Assembly: GCA_965112155.1 (NCBI GenBank)
Contig: OZ218099.1
Strand: one strand, 5' to 3'
Source of the DNA: Podarcis liolepis
Taxonomy: Eukaryota
Length of the DNA stretch: 64,000 nucleotides
Under the pieces are notes generated by a model, which ran no database searches, had not been told where the DNA came from, and saw only the letters and a program-made list of their open reading frames with translations. Every line of letters starts with the position of its first letter. Position 1 is the stretch's first letter. Both the position numbers and the translations under genes were made by a program. This document shows positions 24,444 to 37,238 of the stretch, in pieces.

Positions 24444-26933
24444 TGAAATGAATGTGAGATAAAGTCCTTCCCGAAACCTTTGTTTTTCAGTAACAGAGTT
24501 TGCTGTGCCTAGACCCTGTGTGAGAAGTCTCTGCCCCCCCCCAAACTTCCTCTTGTTTTCTAGAGGAATCTGTTTCTATAATTTATCGTTCTTTTAAAAG
24601 CCAGACTACTGCTGATTGGTCTCATAATTCACCCTGCTTTTGCACTACCACCCCATCCCTTTCTCTGGAAAAGGAAAGGTGGTTTTTCACTTCCCTCATA
24701 GAAGCTGTGCTGTCAGTGTTTTGTGTTTTGTGTTTGAGTCCCATCAACTGCTAAAATGTAGGTATTCATTCTCTGGCATACCAGCAGTACTCTGGCATAC
24801 CAGCAGTGGTTATGAAGGGAGCTTGTGAATGAAGGGCAACAGTGTATATAGCTTATTTTTATAAAATGATTGCTGCTTCAATGTCAATGGAGATAGAAAT
24901 AGAGATGGAGGAAAAATTGGTTTTAAATGGATTTATACGTGGAAATTGTTACAACCTAATTGAGCTTTGCCTGCATCAGATAGTCTCAGGTATTGAACGC
25001 CTGCCTATGTCTGAGCCACTTATCCATTAACAGTTATTTTTAAAGCCTAATTATACGCAGAATTATACACACAAAAACGTATATTGTAATTGCAACGCAC
25101 ACAAGTCCTATGTGGTACCATATTTCTGCAGCATAATTTTATTTATTAACACATGTATTCTTCTACAGCTATATGCATTGTTGTATGTATCTCTGTGTTG
25201 GTTACTTTAGGAAACCTTGAGCATGTATGTGTATAATAATGCGTATAATATATGTGAGTTGTTCATATTTTTAGTGGAACTGATAAAAAAGTAACTCATC
25301 ATCAAGAATAAGCTTAGCATCAGTGTTTTCATAAAATTGTTTCCCTAATCTGATATTATAGTTTGTCTACTCTTGATGGCTTCCTTCATATATTTGGATT
25401 GGGTAGATTCCTTATGGAAACTGCACAGGGCATTTAAATAGATGTAAACAATTTGGATTTAGAATAAATGTGATTTAGTAAACATTACTGGGTTTATACG
25501 CATAATTAAGTTTCATAACATCCTAACTGGAACAGCTGCAGTCAAACAAAACTTTGCATCATTTAGCAGTATTGCAACGTAATTGTAAGGACTATTAAGC
25601 CTAACCTAATGCTGCTAAATGTTCATCAGCAGTCTGCAACTGCCATTCTGTGCTGGTAATCCCAGTAGTGTTTCTTACAATTTGAGAAACAACAAAGCTA
25701 CATTAGATGAGAAATCACTATTAAATAAAACTCTTAAATGGGTTGCTTGTGGCTAGACTAAAATTTCTTTATTTGAAACGTTTGTCAAGTACTTTGATGC
25801 GACACACCTCCCCTTTCATTCAGAAAAGAGATCTCTCTGACTCAGCTCATTGGCAAGGACCAGACTGTACATTCCTTCTGAGAGAATGGATGCTGCTGGA
25901 AATTGCTGGATAAATGTGTATATGAATGGTAGAAAAGCAAAAGCATTGTTCACTTTTGTTTTGCTGAGGGCACACACCATGGCTTGATTTTACAGTAATC
26001 TGTACTGGTTATGTTTTATTGCAGATGTTGGCTGTTTAAGCAAGTCTCTCAATCCTGGTTGCAGGTGGCAACCATCCTTTGAGTCTCTTTCTTAGACCCA
26101 TATTTTGGATTATTTGTAGTGGTGCACAACAAAATCTATAAAGCAGCAGTTTCAAACACAGATAAAAGAATTATCTCAAGTGACAATGTTTTTCTTATAT
26201 AGAGAGCAAGTACTTGTAAGTTTCTAGCTTTTGTACCCACTTCCCTGGGAGGAAGCCCTATTGAACTCAGTGGGGCTTGCTTTTGTGTTGACATGCATAG
26301 GATTGCATCATAAGCCGTGTACCGGCTGCTCTTAATTCTACAGTCTGTTCCCTTGCACATTCATGAATGAGGGCTGCAAGCTTCGTTCAATGGATAGGCA
26401 GCAACTTGAATCAGTTGGACTTGAGTTAAGAATATGCTAGTTATTTCAAAGGCCACTTTTTCTTAATGTAGAGTATGAGAGAAGGCCACTTCTAGTGGCC
26501 TTTCTAACAGACCAGTTTCCGGTATCCTAAACATGCAAATCTATTTAAATATAATTGGCTAAAAGAAAAGTGGTTAATGAGCTAAAACTTAATTGTAAGC
26601 AGCCCTAGCATGAATGTATCAAGAACTATCATACTTCACTAATGGTGGTTGGATTATGAATAGCGATGCTGCGTTGCTAAGACTGGCGGCCAGTAGTAGC
26701 ATTGCCTTAAGGAAAATGTGAATTATTGCATGCCTTTCTCTTGGTGTACAAGTAGGACTCTTTTTACATGGGGCAAGGCTGCTATCAAACAAACTCAATC
26801 AAGCACAGATTTAAGTCTGTAATTTTGAATTGAGTAGCATTTTCCTTCGAAGGCCATAATGTTTGTTTAAAGCCTCCCACTCAAGTGGCTGTTTTTTATT
26901 TCCAAATATCAAAGTGTTCTGTTTGCTTTCCAG

Positions 26934-26941
26934 GTTTTTGA
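26934..26941 (+). CDS. CSNK1A1: CK1alpha terminal exon 10, coding part ((G)F-stop)
   Basis: gtttgctttccag|GT TTT TGA gcatgaa...; phase-1 junction gives the known ...GF* C-terminus and is followed by a recognisable CSNK1A1 3' UTR. Confidence 0.95.
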
Positions 26942-27815
26942 GCATGAAGAAGAGAACAGATGAAGCAGAGCAGAATGGAGCAGGATCTATCACTCCCCAA
27001 ATCCTAGGAATTTTAGTTCATAAACACACTTGCCGGTGGTTGTGGGCAACCATCTACTTGATGTAAAGAACTTAATTTCAGTATAAACTGGCTCTGGGCA
27101 GCGCCGTTGATGCTGCAGCTTTGAGTTGTAGCAGCTGTAATTGTGAATATTTCTGAGATAGTGAAACATGGTGTCCAGTTTTCTATTGCATTTTTTCAAG
27201 TGGAAAAGTTTAACTGAATGGTTGACACACAAGTGGTGGAAAGAATTGTGCATATGCCAATTTTTGTAACCTTTTTACTTTGAACTACACTGCTTATGAG
27301 ATCTCATTGTTTTGGAAGAATGGCATGAACAAGTCTTCAGGAACAGTTGTGGTAAATTGTAAATGCTCACAATTGTGCACACTTTCTGGGTATTCCTCCC
27401 TGGTTTTGAAAGCTGTACACTTAAAACATTCTTAAAATTGCTGGTGTCTTGAGTGACATAAGCCAGCTGACAATGGTAGTAACCAAAGATTCCAGTTTTT
27501 AAGCATATGAAAGACTCTGCCTGCTTACCTGTGCTAGAAGTAACAGCATCTAAAGTGAAGACTTAAGAGAAACTTAGCGACTACTAGATTATCTTTAGGA
27601 CTCTGCATTAACTCTATAATGTTCTTGGTATAAAAGGAGAAACAGCATATTTGTCACAAATTTAGTTAACATCTTACAACTGAAACTTGTATGTAAGTTG
27701 TTTAGATAAATGTAATCACTGTAAACATCTATATGAACGAATTTTGTTTTTATTTTGGAAACGGGAGCTTTTTTGTTTACAAGTTCATTAAAAACTAAAC
27801 TGTTTCTGTAAGGAA
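26942..27815 (+). other. CSNK1A1: CSNK1A1 proximal 3' UTR
   Basis: Follows the stop codon. Long blocks match my recollection of the mammalian UTR (TGTAAAGAACTTAATTTCAGTATAAACTG; CTGAGATAGTGAAACATGGTGTC; TAACAGCATCTAAAGTGAAGACTTAAG). Repeat-free; the end coordinate is approximate. Confidence 0.85.
27787..27792 (+). terminator. poly(A) signal ATTAAA (further AATAAA at 27974-27979 and 28075-28080)
   Basis: Hexamer at the end of the conserved UTR block, with TGTA motifs upstream and a T-rich tract downstream. Confidence 0.7.
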
Positions 27816-28989
27816 ATGAGGTTTTTTTTTAATTTGCCTTGATAATTTGCAATCTAAATTAGACACCACCCTTTTTTAAAATGGGCAACTACAAGGCCAT
27901 TTGTTAAAGCAAAAGTCCTATTTCTTAATCATTTTAGATCTAGTGTTGTAACTCTTCCTCACTTTTGTTTTTCAATAAATTTTGTATTTTTTTTCTTGAT
28001 GGGGAGGGGCGCTCTTGCATTTTTATAATCTGTTGCATCGATACCCAGCCCACTGTAACAAGAGACTGGATAAAAATAAAGGCATCTTTTCAGACCCATC
28101 ACAGCAGCTCACAAGCCTTGCCGTTGTCTTGCATTGGCTGGACTAATTTGCAAAAGTAGCTTTGAAGATTTAAAATGGGAAGTGTGTGGAGGATTTTAAA
28201 AGAAGGAATTTTCTTTTCAAGTTCTTGTGAAGTGGATATGACCAGATTTACTCTTGTTCTCAGGCAGCATCTCGGTGTGCGGTGTTCACATGGGTTACTG
28301 CCTTAGGCTATCCTCACTCTAATCCAGCTAAAAGATACTCTTACTGCTGGTGATTCGTCTAACAGTGTAACTTATTCCTTTATAGCATGTCAGAATAAAT
28401 TTTAAAAGTTGTCTGAAAATTCTGCCAGATGCCTATTGTGTACATGGTTTTTATGACTTTTGGACCTGTTATGTGTTTGGGTTGCAGTGCATATTATGCG
28501 GGACACTGAAGCTCTTGAACAGTTGTTTTTCCACAAATTGAATTTTCAGGTATTTTATGGTCATGTGAACAAGAACATTTTCAAGATGCATAGTCTACTT
28601 TTAAGAACAATTTGTGGAATGTTATGTACTGGTATGGTATATGCAGGTTAGCTCAGTTAAGTGAGTTGGGCATTTTACCTTCGCTTTAAAAAAAATGCAG
28701 ACTGAACAAAAGCTCCTTAATTGCTCAAGAATTGAGAAATGATTGAAATGGGTTATACTGCAGAGACCATGGGTAATGTATGGCACGTCTAGCTTTGTGA
28801 TGCATTTTTCAATCTCTCTAGGGAATGATAGGAAACCGGTAGAATAGCAGATAAAAGTTCAACTTGAAAAACAGTTGACTTGTTTAGCTACAGCTATCAC
28901 ATGATTGAAGAAATCTTAGTCTGTTTGCATAACTTTCACTGAATAAATTAGAACAAATTTGTATATAAGTAGCATTAACATCATCATTT

Positions 28990-30100
28990 TTTAAGTTTAC
29001 ATTCAGCCTTCAATCTGAAGATTTGCAAAGAGGTGCATAGCAATATATTAAATTCACAAACCAGTACAGGAACCATAGAACAGATATCAAAACAAAATAT
29101 CAAGAAATAGAAATTCTGACAAGCAGTAATCCATATCCACAAGTCAGGGCAAATAAATGTCGTACATAATGCCTAAAATAGGGGACAGTGCCATATCTCT
29201 GGTGAGGCAGTTTACACCCGGAGTGCCACAACAGAGAAGACCCTGCAGGGCCTCTCCTGCAGATCCTTCCTGCCATCCTGTACTTGAATAGTACTTGTGC
29301 CCTAAACCAAAGTCAGCACCTTAAATTGGGCTGGTAGCAAACAGGCAGACCATGCTGATCCTTAAGGAATCACTGCTACAGGATCCTGCTTCGCTGCAGT
29401 TTCTGGACTATTTTCAAGGGCAGCACCACACAGAACACCACAGTAGGCTATTTGAGAGGATGCATGTAGTACTACTGTAGCTAAAAAGAACTGTAGCTAA
29501 GCGTAGGTGTTCCTTGGCACCTGCGCCACCTGGGCCTCAAGACCCTTCTCTAAGCAAGGATTGCAACTCCATCCAGAACAGGCAATCTTCCCAAACAGTT
29601 AGTCTTACCAGGGTTAAGCTTCAGTTTATTGGCCTTCATCCAGACCATTGCCTCCAGGCGTCTGTCCAGCACCTGAATCAGCCTCTTCTGATTCAGATGA
29701 AGTGGAGAGATAAGGTTGTGTGTCATTGGCATGCTAATGCCATTTTACTTCCAAATTTCCAGATAACAGCTTCCAAGAGATAGTAAAGAGCATGGGGACA
29801 GACTTGTGCCCTGCCAGATTCCACAGCATAACTGCCAGGGGACAGATCAAGTCTCCCAGTGCTACTCTCGAATATTAGTTCTGCAGTTAAGAGCAGATGC
29901 ACTACAATATGGTGCCTCTGGCTCACGACCCAGAGAGCTGATTCAGGAGCATACTATGGTTAATAGTATCAAATAGCCATGGAGAAGAAGAGAACCAGCA
30001 GGAGTCATGTGAGATGACCAAGGCCATTTCAGAGCTGTAATAATAAAGCGAGACTGAAATGGGGCAGAAGCTGGCCAGTCAGCACCCTCTCAATCACTTG
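28990..30100 (-). mobile_element. Degenerate L2 LINE (RT region and 3' end)
   Basis: Minus-strand peptide LEAMVWMKANKLKLNPGKT...LPVLDGV parallels LEAVGGWMAANRLRLNPDKT...LVLNGV of the intact L2; frameshifted; boundaries approximate. Confidence 0.75.
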
Positions 30101-33100
30101 CTCCGAAAAGACATTTGTGGCTAGGTAATAATTGTAATATTTGTATCCTAGCCGAGGGCGGGCTCGGAGCAGCTAACATCATGAAAACAACACAATAAGC
30201 ACAAAAACAGACATCAGATAATTAAAATGCATCTTAAAATATTAATTTTTATTTGCAGTTACCCAATACCTCCAGCTCCAAGGATGGTCTCTTGAGAAGA
30301 AGCCTCACGACTGCCTTTTTGAGGACTGAGTATGGCCTTCCTAAGTGAAGCATTAACCGCTTCCTGGACCCCACTCAATAAGGCCCTCCCTACTAGCTTT
30401 TATTTGCTATGGTGGACAAGGGTAGAGGTGGTAGGCTTGGACACCCATCAGCACCTTGCCCCTCGGGCCACAACAACTGAAACTGACCCTAAAATCCCAG
30501 TGAGCCTCTGCCAGACTAGCTTTCTACCAGAGCAGTCCTTTTTCTAAAGGAACAATTTTTAAAAAGATGCCTCTTCTAAAATTACTCTTGTTCAAACCGG
30601 CACCCCTCGTAATCATAATCTTTGTGTCAAAAGGATTGATGTATCTCTTAAGATGGCACCTATTGTCAACACTGGGGGGAAAAGTTTACATTAAATGGGC
30701 AATTAATTGTGGGCATCTTTTAGGTCAGTTGGCTAAATGTTGCAACCCTGTTTTGAACCAAGAATTCTGAACAATGAAGTGTGCAGATAAAACTGTTCAC
30801 TAAGCTAATGCTGGTGCCTTAATTGCTATCTGTAATAAAGGCCAAGAAGTGCAGAATGTTGAATTAAACTTTCAAAATCTAGGCTATGAATTTTTAACGG
30901 GTTGTGTTGCCACATTGTTACAGGAATCTACCGGTAACAAGAAATTATTTAGCAACATGGCAGGTCTTTTCAGGCTCCCCCTCCTCCATTTACTTATTTA
31001 TTTTTAAACAACTGCAACAAACATATAATGTCTTTTCAAGCTACCTTTTAACACAGATGGAGCAGCAAAGCTAGAGGTTCCCCAAGCACTTGCCTTACAA
31101 TAAAATATTAAAAGTATGCCAGAAGCTGCTCTTGATACATACTAAGAAAATAATTCCTTAACAATTCACATCAAGACCATATAGTTAACAATCACCTTTT
31201 CTTTACAGCCTTTGTGTCCGCAGTGGTCAGAATTGCAGTTTGGTGGTCGTGTTGGAACTGGGCTTTTCTTAGCATTGATAATAAGATTCTGTTGGAGTCT
31301 TCAGGAATTTGAGTTGAGTTCAAGTTTTCTTTCAAATGTTTCTGGGCTACTAAGTGAATAGAGATTGCTGAAAACCCGTCAGCTAACTTTATCCTAGGAT
31401 TGGTTCCACTGCTGGGTATTAAACTAGCTTTGTACTGAAGTAGTATTGTTCAGAGGTTCTATACTCTCCCTGCCATCCTGTTTTTAAGTAAACACTGTTT
31501 AAAACTTTCCTAAATGTGTATGTTGCATATGTTATGAAGTGACACGGAGCTCTTGCAGCAAGAAGTTTTCACATGCCTGTCTTTGAGGAAATCATCCTGA
31601 AAGCGAAAGTTCGTTGCTCTGGTTGTGCAGATGCCTCCATAAGCACTCAAGGCCAAGTCTTCCATTTTTTGTGTGTGCGTCCTCTTCTTAATTTGCCATT
31701 AATTCTCTTCATTTTATACTGCTGTGCAGGAGTTATTTTTTCTATTTGTTTAATGGGTCTACTCTTGCAACCTAGGTCTGTGTTTGAGCAGATTCATCAG
31801 CCCCTTTAGGATTTTTTTTTCATATTAAAAAAATACTAAATAGAGGAAAGTCTTTGCAAGAATTTACAAGTGCCTCAGAATGGGGCACGACATGTTAAAG
31901 TAGTTGAAGTTCAATTTGAATTCTTGATTGCCCTGAGATGCACTGTTCTGCCAGTAAAAGGCCAGGAGCCGAGTGTTAGAATTCTAGACTTGGTTAATCA
32001 AACCTTTTGGAAATATAGAAATCTTTTTATTTCCCCTGATATATAATAAACAAGCTCTCTTTTCTGAATTAAATCATCCTTTAAAAATATGCTGCTCTTT
32101 AAATAAAAGAACAACAACACCTTGACATCCTAGGAGTTTTGTTTCTGTTTGTGGTCCGTAGTGGAATTTTAAATGGGGAGCTTCAAACCCTACCCTATTG
32201 TGCTGAGTCTGGATTCCACTATTGTTCAGTTATCTTGGATCTTAACTGCTTAGAAACAGCACTTGCTTCTGGTGAGTGAAATTTGCACTGCTGTGGAGGT
32301 AAGCTCCATTAAGAGAAGTATCTGCTGCCTTAATTTGCAGAACATGAGCTGAGAACCATTTCTAATGAACTTCAAAGCTAGTTTTGGCCTTTATCAGAAA
32401 ATATGGGGATATTTTTAATTATTTTTCACCCCCAAGGAAGGGCATTCAAAATAGGTTGGAAATAGCCATCTTCAGGTTTTAACTTCATGGAGGAGCCTGG
32501 GAGATCATAAGCCAGCTCAACCCTGATGTCGTGTGATCAGAGTGGCCATCCATAGGTTGGAAATCCTATGTGCAGTGAAGGTGGTCCCCTTCAGATTCAG
32601 CCTATTGGTCTTCAGCTTAACTGTGTAGCTCACTTGTGTGGCATCATTGGAGTAGAGGTAGCCCTGCATTTTCCCACAAGCCCCTGGAAGTGGGTGTCTG
32701 AAGACAGGTAAGATGAAGCTCCCACTGAAGGAGCAACAATTTCATTGTGCTTTCAGTGTGGGAAAAACAGTCCAAGCTTTTAAAAAGGCTGGTATGCATT
32801 GTTGCTGTGTAAAATTATCGCCGGTACATAAGCTTTGGTCCAAGCAGTGGCCTAAACTGAATTAATGTAAAAATTATAGGTCTTTTTAAAAATGTCCTTA
32901 ATGAGCTTGTTTGCTGTGGCTATTGCTATTGTCTAGTTTTTTGTGGGGGGGGGGGGTTGAATGATTTTGGTCTGTCTCTGTTAAGGAGATGTCCCAGAGT
33001 TACATAGGACGACTGTGCTCTGTTATTTTTAAGGGTTACATGTAGAAGGTTGAAGTGTAGCACCTAAGAGAAAACAAAATAAAATAACTGTTTGCTGGTG

Positions 33101-34054
33101 GGGGTGGGGGAATATACACAAGTACTCCAGGATAGTATTTCATTAAAATGAGTGCTATTCTGTTATGAAATACAACAAAGAGCTAGCGATGTGATGCAAT
33201 ATGTAGAAGTCCTTTTTAAAAACTTCAGTATACAATGATTTTGCATGCTTTTTGTTTTGTTTTGTTTGCCAGCTAGTAGGAATATCTAGGAGGCTGAAAT
33301 GGACTTATTCAATTTGCCCATCTGTTCCTTAAACAGCAGAAGCATCATCTTGGAACAGGAAAGGTGTGGGAGACAAGTTCTTGACCAAAGTGAAGCAATT
33401 TGTTAAAATGTCTGTCTTGAAGAGCTTATTGTTGGATGGTCTTGTTCATATTTTAAACGGCTTGCTTTAAAATTCATTGTCCTGTTACCTTAATTCTATT
33501 TTCCTTAAATGCCAGCATCACTGGCATTTAGGGACTCGGTGCAAAGCCAGGGATTTCTTTTGAAGGTGCTTAGAAAGCTTCAGGAAGCTGATAACATTAA
33601 AAAATTCATTGTGGAAGTGCTGGAAGTACACTTTGCTTGCCACTTAATGCAAAGTGCCAGTCTGGTTTTCATTTAAGGCCTACAAACTTATAAATTATTG
33701 ATCAGAAATTCTAATTCCTAAAAGCCCGTTTTCATTTTTTCTTTTTAAGGAAAAGAGCACTTCCCTTCATGCACAGTATACCTGGTGGTTGGGCTAGGCA
33801 GTAGCAGTGAAGTCTTAAAACGCATGGCTACAATTTACAAGTGTTAGAGCATGTGGGATTATACAGTTAGTTAAGAGATATCGAGCTATACTGAGCTCTA
33901 GAAGGATGAACTGGAAGCCATACCTAGATTGCAAAGTGGCTAATAATGGCCAATTCACATGTTTCCTGGATTGTACCACTTCAAAATGTGAGGTGGATAT
34001 GGGTTGTATGACTTTCATATGGGAAGAAATTTTAAACTCAGTCAAACCAGTAGT

Positions 34055-34192
34055 TAGTCTAGCTCAGTATTGTGTACATGAATTGGCAACAGTTTTTCAG
34101 GGTTTGCTAGCCTTACCTGGAGATAGATGCCAGCAATTGATCCTCGGTTATATGCAGAACATTGACTCTTCCACTGAACTATTGTCCTTTCC
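34055..34192 (-). mobile_element. Degenerate tRNA-derived squamate SINE
   Basis: CTAGCTCAGTATTG...GGCAACAG..TTCAGGGTT...CCTTACCTGGAGAT...CCACTGAACTAT; same family as 52698 and 63140. Confidence 0.5.
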
Positions 34193-35698
34193 TGAAAACT
34201 AGAAGGCTAAAACCTTCTATGGGCACATCTTAACAGCTCTGTGAAAGGCTGCCAGCAATTGGGTTGAGGTGAGAAGGAAATCTGTGGTTTGGCCACTGCT
34301 GCAGAAAAGGTAGGTCTCTTGTACTTACTTGCCAAACATTTGGTGGTGGAACAGAGCATAACTGCTAATGGATTTCGAAACATGGGAAGGTCCATATGGA
34401 GGAAAACTATCTGCATGATATTATGGTCTCAAATCATTTAAGGCAGAACATGCCAAGAGTGGCATGTGGAGCATCAGTTTGACCTGTGACCGTCTCAGCT
34501 CTGCACTCTGATACAGCAGCAAGGTTTAACCCCTGCCAAAATAACCCCTGTTTGTGTGAATGGGTCCATTTTTCTTACCCTGTTGTGTGGAACAGGGTTA
34601 ATGCTGTTTTGCTGGCTGCAATGAAAATCGTCTGACGTAGCAAGTTCCATCTGCACTGGGCGGTTGGCAGGAAGGTAAGGGGAAAAAGAGGGAGCTGTAA
34701 GTCCAGGGGAAAGGGGTAATGGGCCTGCTTTTAGCATTGACGCTGCCTATTGCTGGCTCCAGCCTCACCCACTATTGGCCTGAGAGAATGCCAGCCTTGA
34801 CACACAATATGTTCTGCACTTCTTGTTTAGGGTTTAATTTTCACTGGAAATTCTGTACTTCTACCCTGAAAACTTCTGATTTAATGTTTTTATTTTACAA
34901 ACTGGTCAGTGGGTCTGCTAATGGTCTGTTTGGATGGTTTGTGGAAAGGCAACAGTAAATTTTATAAGACAGGCTAACAAGGCTGTGGCTTAAGCCTTTG
35001 ATTTCATGGCACAATGCTGGTGCAGTCTTATCAATTTTCCTGTTTAAAATTCCTCAGTGGCATGGCCAATTCTCTTCACAGGACTGGGTTTTGATGACAG
35101 TGCTGGAGCTGAAGGAAAATGTTATTAAAATATGAGATATATGTGCTTTGATATGTAGAACAAAAATAACTTTTTTAAAGCGGCCCACTGAGATCCCTCA
35201 CCATTTTCAATTGGTTTGTGAGGGAATAAAATTCTGAGAACCTCTGCGTTAGTTGATAGCTGTAAGCAGGTGCCAAAAACTTTTTATTGAGATAAATTAT
35301 TTCAGTGAGGAACCTTTCCCACCTGGGACGCCCGATTCCACAGAAATGTTTTATTCAGTGTCTTCATGCATTGTTCCAAAATTTGCATGCTTCAATGCAC
35401 AGTATATTTGCAGTGTGAATCCACCCTGAGAATTATCCCAATCAATTCCTCTTCCTTGGGAATGCTGGGAATTGTACCTCAGCAACTCTCAGCACCCTTA
35501 ACAAACTACAGCTCCCAAGATTATATGTGGGGTGGGGGTGGGAGCTTTGAATGTATAGTTCTGGTGGAGCTGTTTGTACTAAAGCCACAGCAGTAAGGCC
35601 AGGCTGGTTTGTGGCGGGGAGTGGTCATCTAAGCTATTAACCCAGATTGTATTTAGTCTCTGGCTGCCAGTAAGTAGCATTGGTGGTGGTCTTCCATT

Positions 35699-35730
35699 TA
35701 TGTATGTATGTATGTATGTATGTATGTATG
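35699..35730. repeat. (TATG)n microsatellite
   Basis: direct reading. Confidence 0.9.
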
Positions 35731-37140
35731 TTGGGCAGTGGGTTCGATTCCAGAACTGAAATAGCTGTCTCCTATATATTCCTGCTGTTTCATCCTTCAA
35801 GGGGGAAAGGGGTTCAGCAACCGGGCAACTTGTAAAAATGGAGCACGCTATCCTTGTGGTTGCTGGGAAACTGGTCAACATAGCAAGGAATAACTCTTAG
35901 GGGCAGGGAGATTGTGTTGCACTCTCCCTGCAGTTGGTGCCCAGCTGTTTCACCATCATATATTCCTTCTTAATTGCTTTGGGAAGCGGAGGGAGGGAGG
36001 GAGGAAGGGAAGAGGTCACTGGACCTGGCTCTTCCCACCATCAGTGTCTGGGTGTTTGTTTTACGCTCAACCGCAATCCCTGTCTGCATTCAGCAAGGGC
36101 ACAGGAGGTCCGTCTGTTAAGCAACATGGAAGCAGGCAGATTGCAGAGATACATAAAAAATCAAAAATCAGACCTAACTGTCATTGCTGGCATTCTCTTG
36201 GCATTCTCACTGACACCTTTCTGAGTCCTTTCTCTGAAGTGCCGCTCTCCCTTAAGTGTATGCTGCCTTACGGGGTTTTTAGCTCTGCTATAAATGCTGT
36301 TTGTAGGATTTTGGAATGAAGAGGGGTGCCATTTGATTCCAAAGACTTGTTAAGGGAACGATGCTGGGAGGGGGTGTGTGTGGGTGTCATAAAGAGAATA
36401 CTGGTGGAGTTCCTGTTTCTCCTGCTCTCATCCCTTTGGGCCTAGTTGGTTGGTCTGTCTCTCATGTTGGACTGGAGTCTGGAGGCTTTTTTTTTTTCTT
36501 CTGTTAGAAACTGGCAGCCATCCTCTTGGCACCAGCTTATGGAACGGGAGCGAGGAAACGAAGACTTCCCTTGTTTTTGCTGCAATTTAGGGAGTGATTT
36601 TGCACAGCTTGTTTTTAGATTTATAAATGACAGCCGCCAGGTGGTGAGGACCCTTTTTCCCAGCAAAGAATGCAAAGCATTTGGAAAGGGCAATGGAGGG
36701 TTATCGGGAAGAAACCTTGTGACCTTCACCAGCTCCTTCCAAGAAGGAACTGTCCCTAGACTAAGATTCACGATGCCAACTGTTGCCAGTTAGAGGTGGC
36801 GGAAGCAATCTCTGTTCTCACAGCAGAACTGAGTCAGCAGTTTGGGCTTGCTTTGTACTCTTTGTTTCCTAGCAATTCAAGGGAGAAGCCTGATGTTCCA
36901 GGGAAATAGTTGTATCATATCTAGGAGAGATACTTGTTGCTTTGTTTTCAGTGATGGAGTTCATTGCTGCTCAGTAGACGACTTCCTAGTGCACATGGCA
37001 TGCTGACATTTGGCTAAAGTCCCCCCCCCCCCCCAATATTCAGAGTTGTTTGGCAATTCCAGCTGGAAAACTCAATGCTAGAAAAAATGTTTTTTCCCTT
37101 CTCTGGTGTTTCCAATCCAGCTCCCAACGAAACCATGGAT

Positions 37141-37238
37141 TGGATCCTGACTTAGTCATGCTTGAAGTACCAATATGACTTAAAAGTTAAGTCATGCTTA
37201 GCTAAAGATTAACATACTCATGGCTAAGTCTGGATCCA
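37141..37238. mobile_element. Small palindromic MITE-like element
   Basis: TGGATCCTGACTTAGTCATG...CATGGCTAAGTCTGGATCCA inverted termini. Confidence 0.55.

Larger units (their letters stand above)
3224..26941 (+). other. CSNK1A1: CSNK1A1 gene body, 5'-partial (exons 3-10; exons 1-2 upstream of window)
   Basis: Eight coding exons with GT-AG boundaries and compatible phases join into the CK1alpha sequence ([24 protein letters not shown]...[11 protein letters not shown]...DFGLAKKY...[21 protein letters not shown]...GF*). Exon 9 is mostly masked by Ns. Confidence 0.98.

Noticed and set aside
24771-24807. 18-bp tandem duplication CTCTGGCATACCAGCAGT
   Set aside because: Ordinary slippage duplication with no sign of function.
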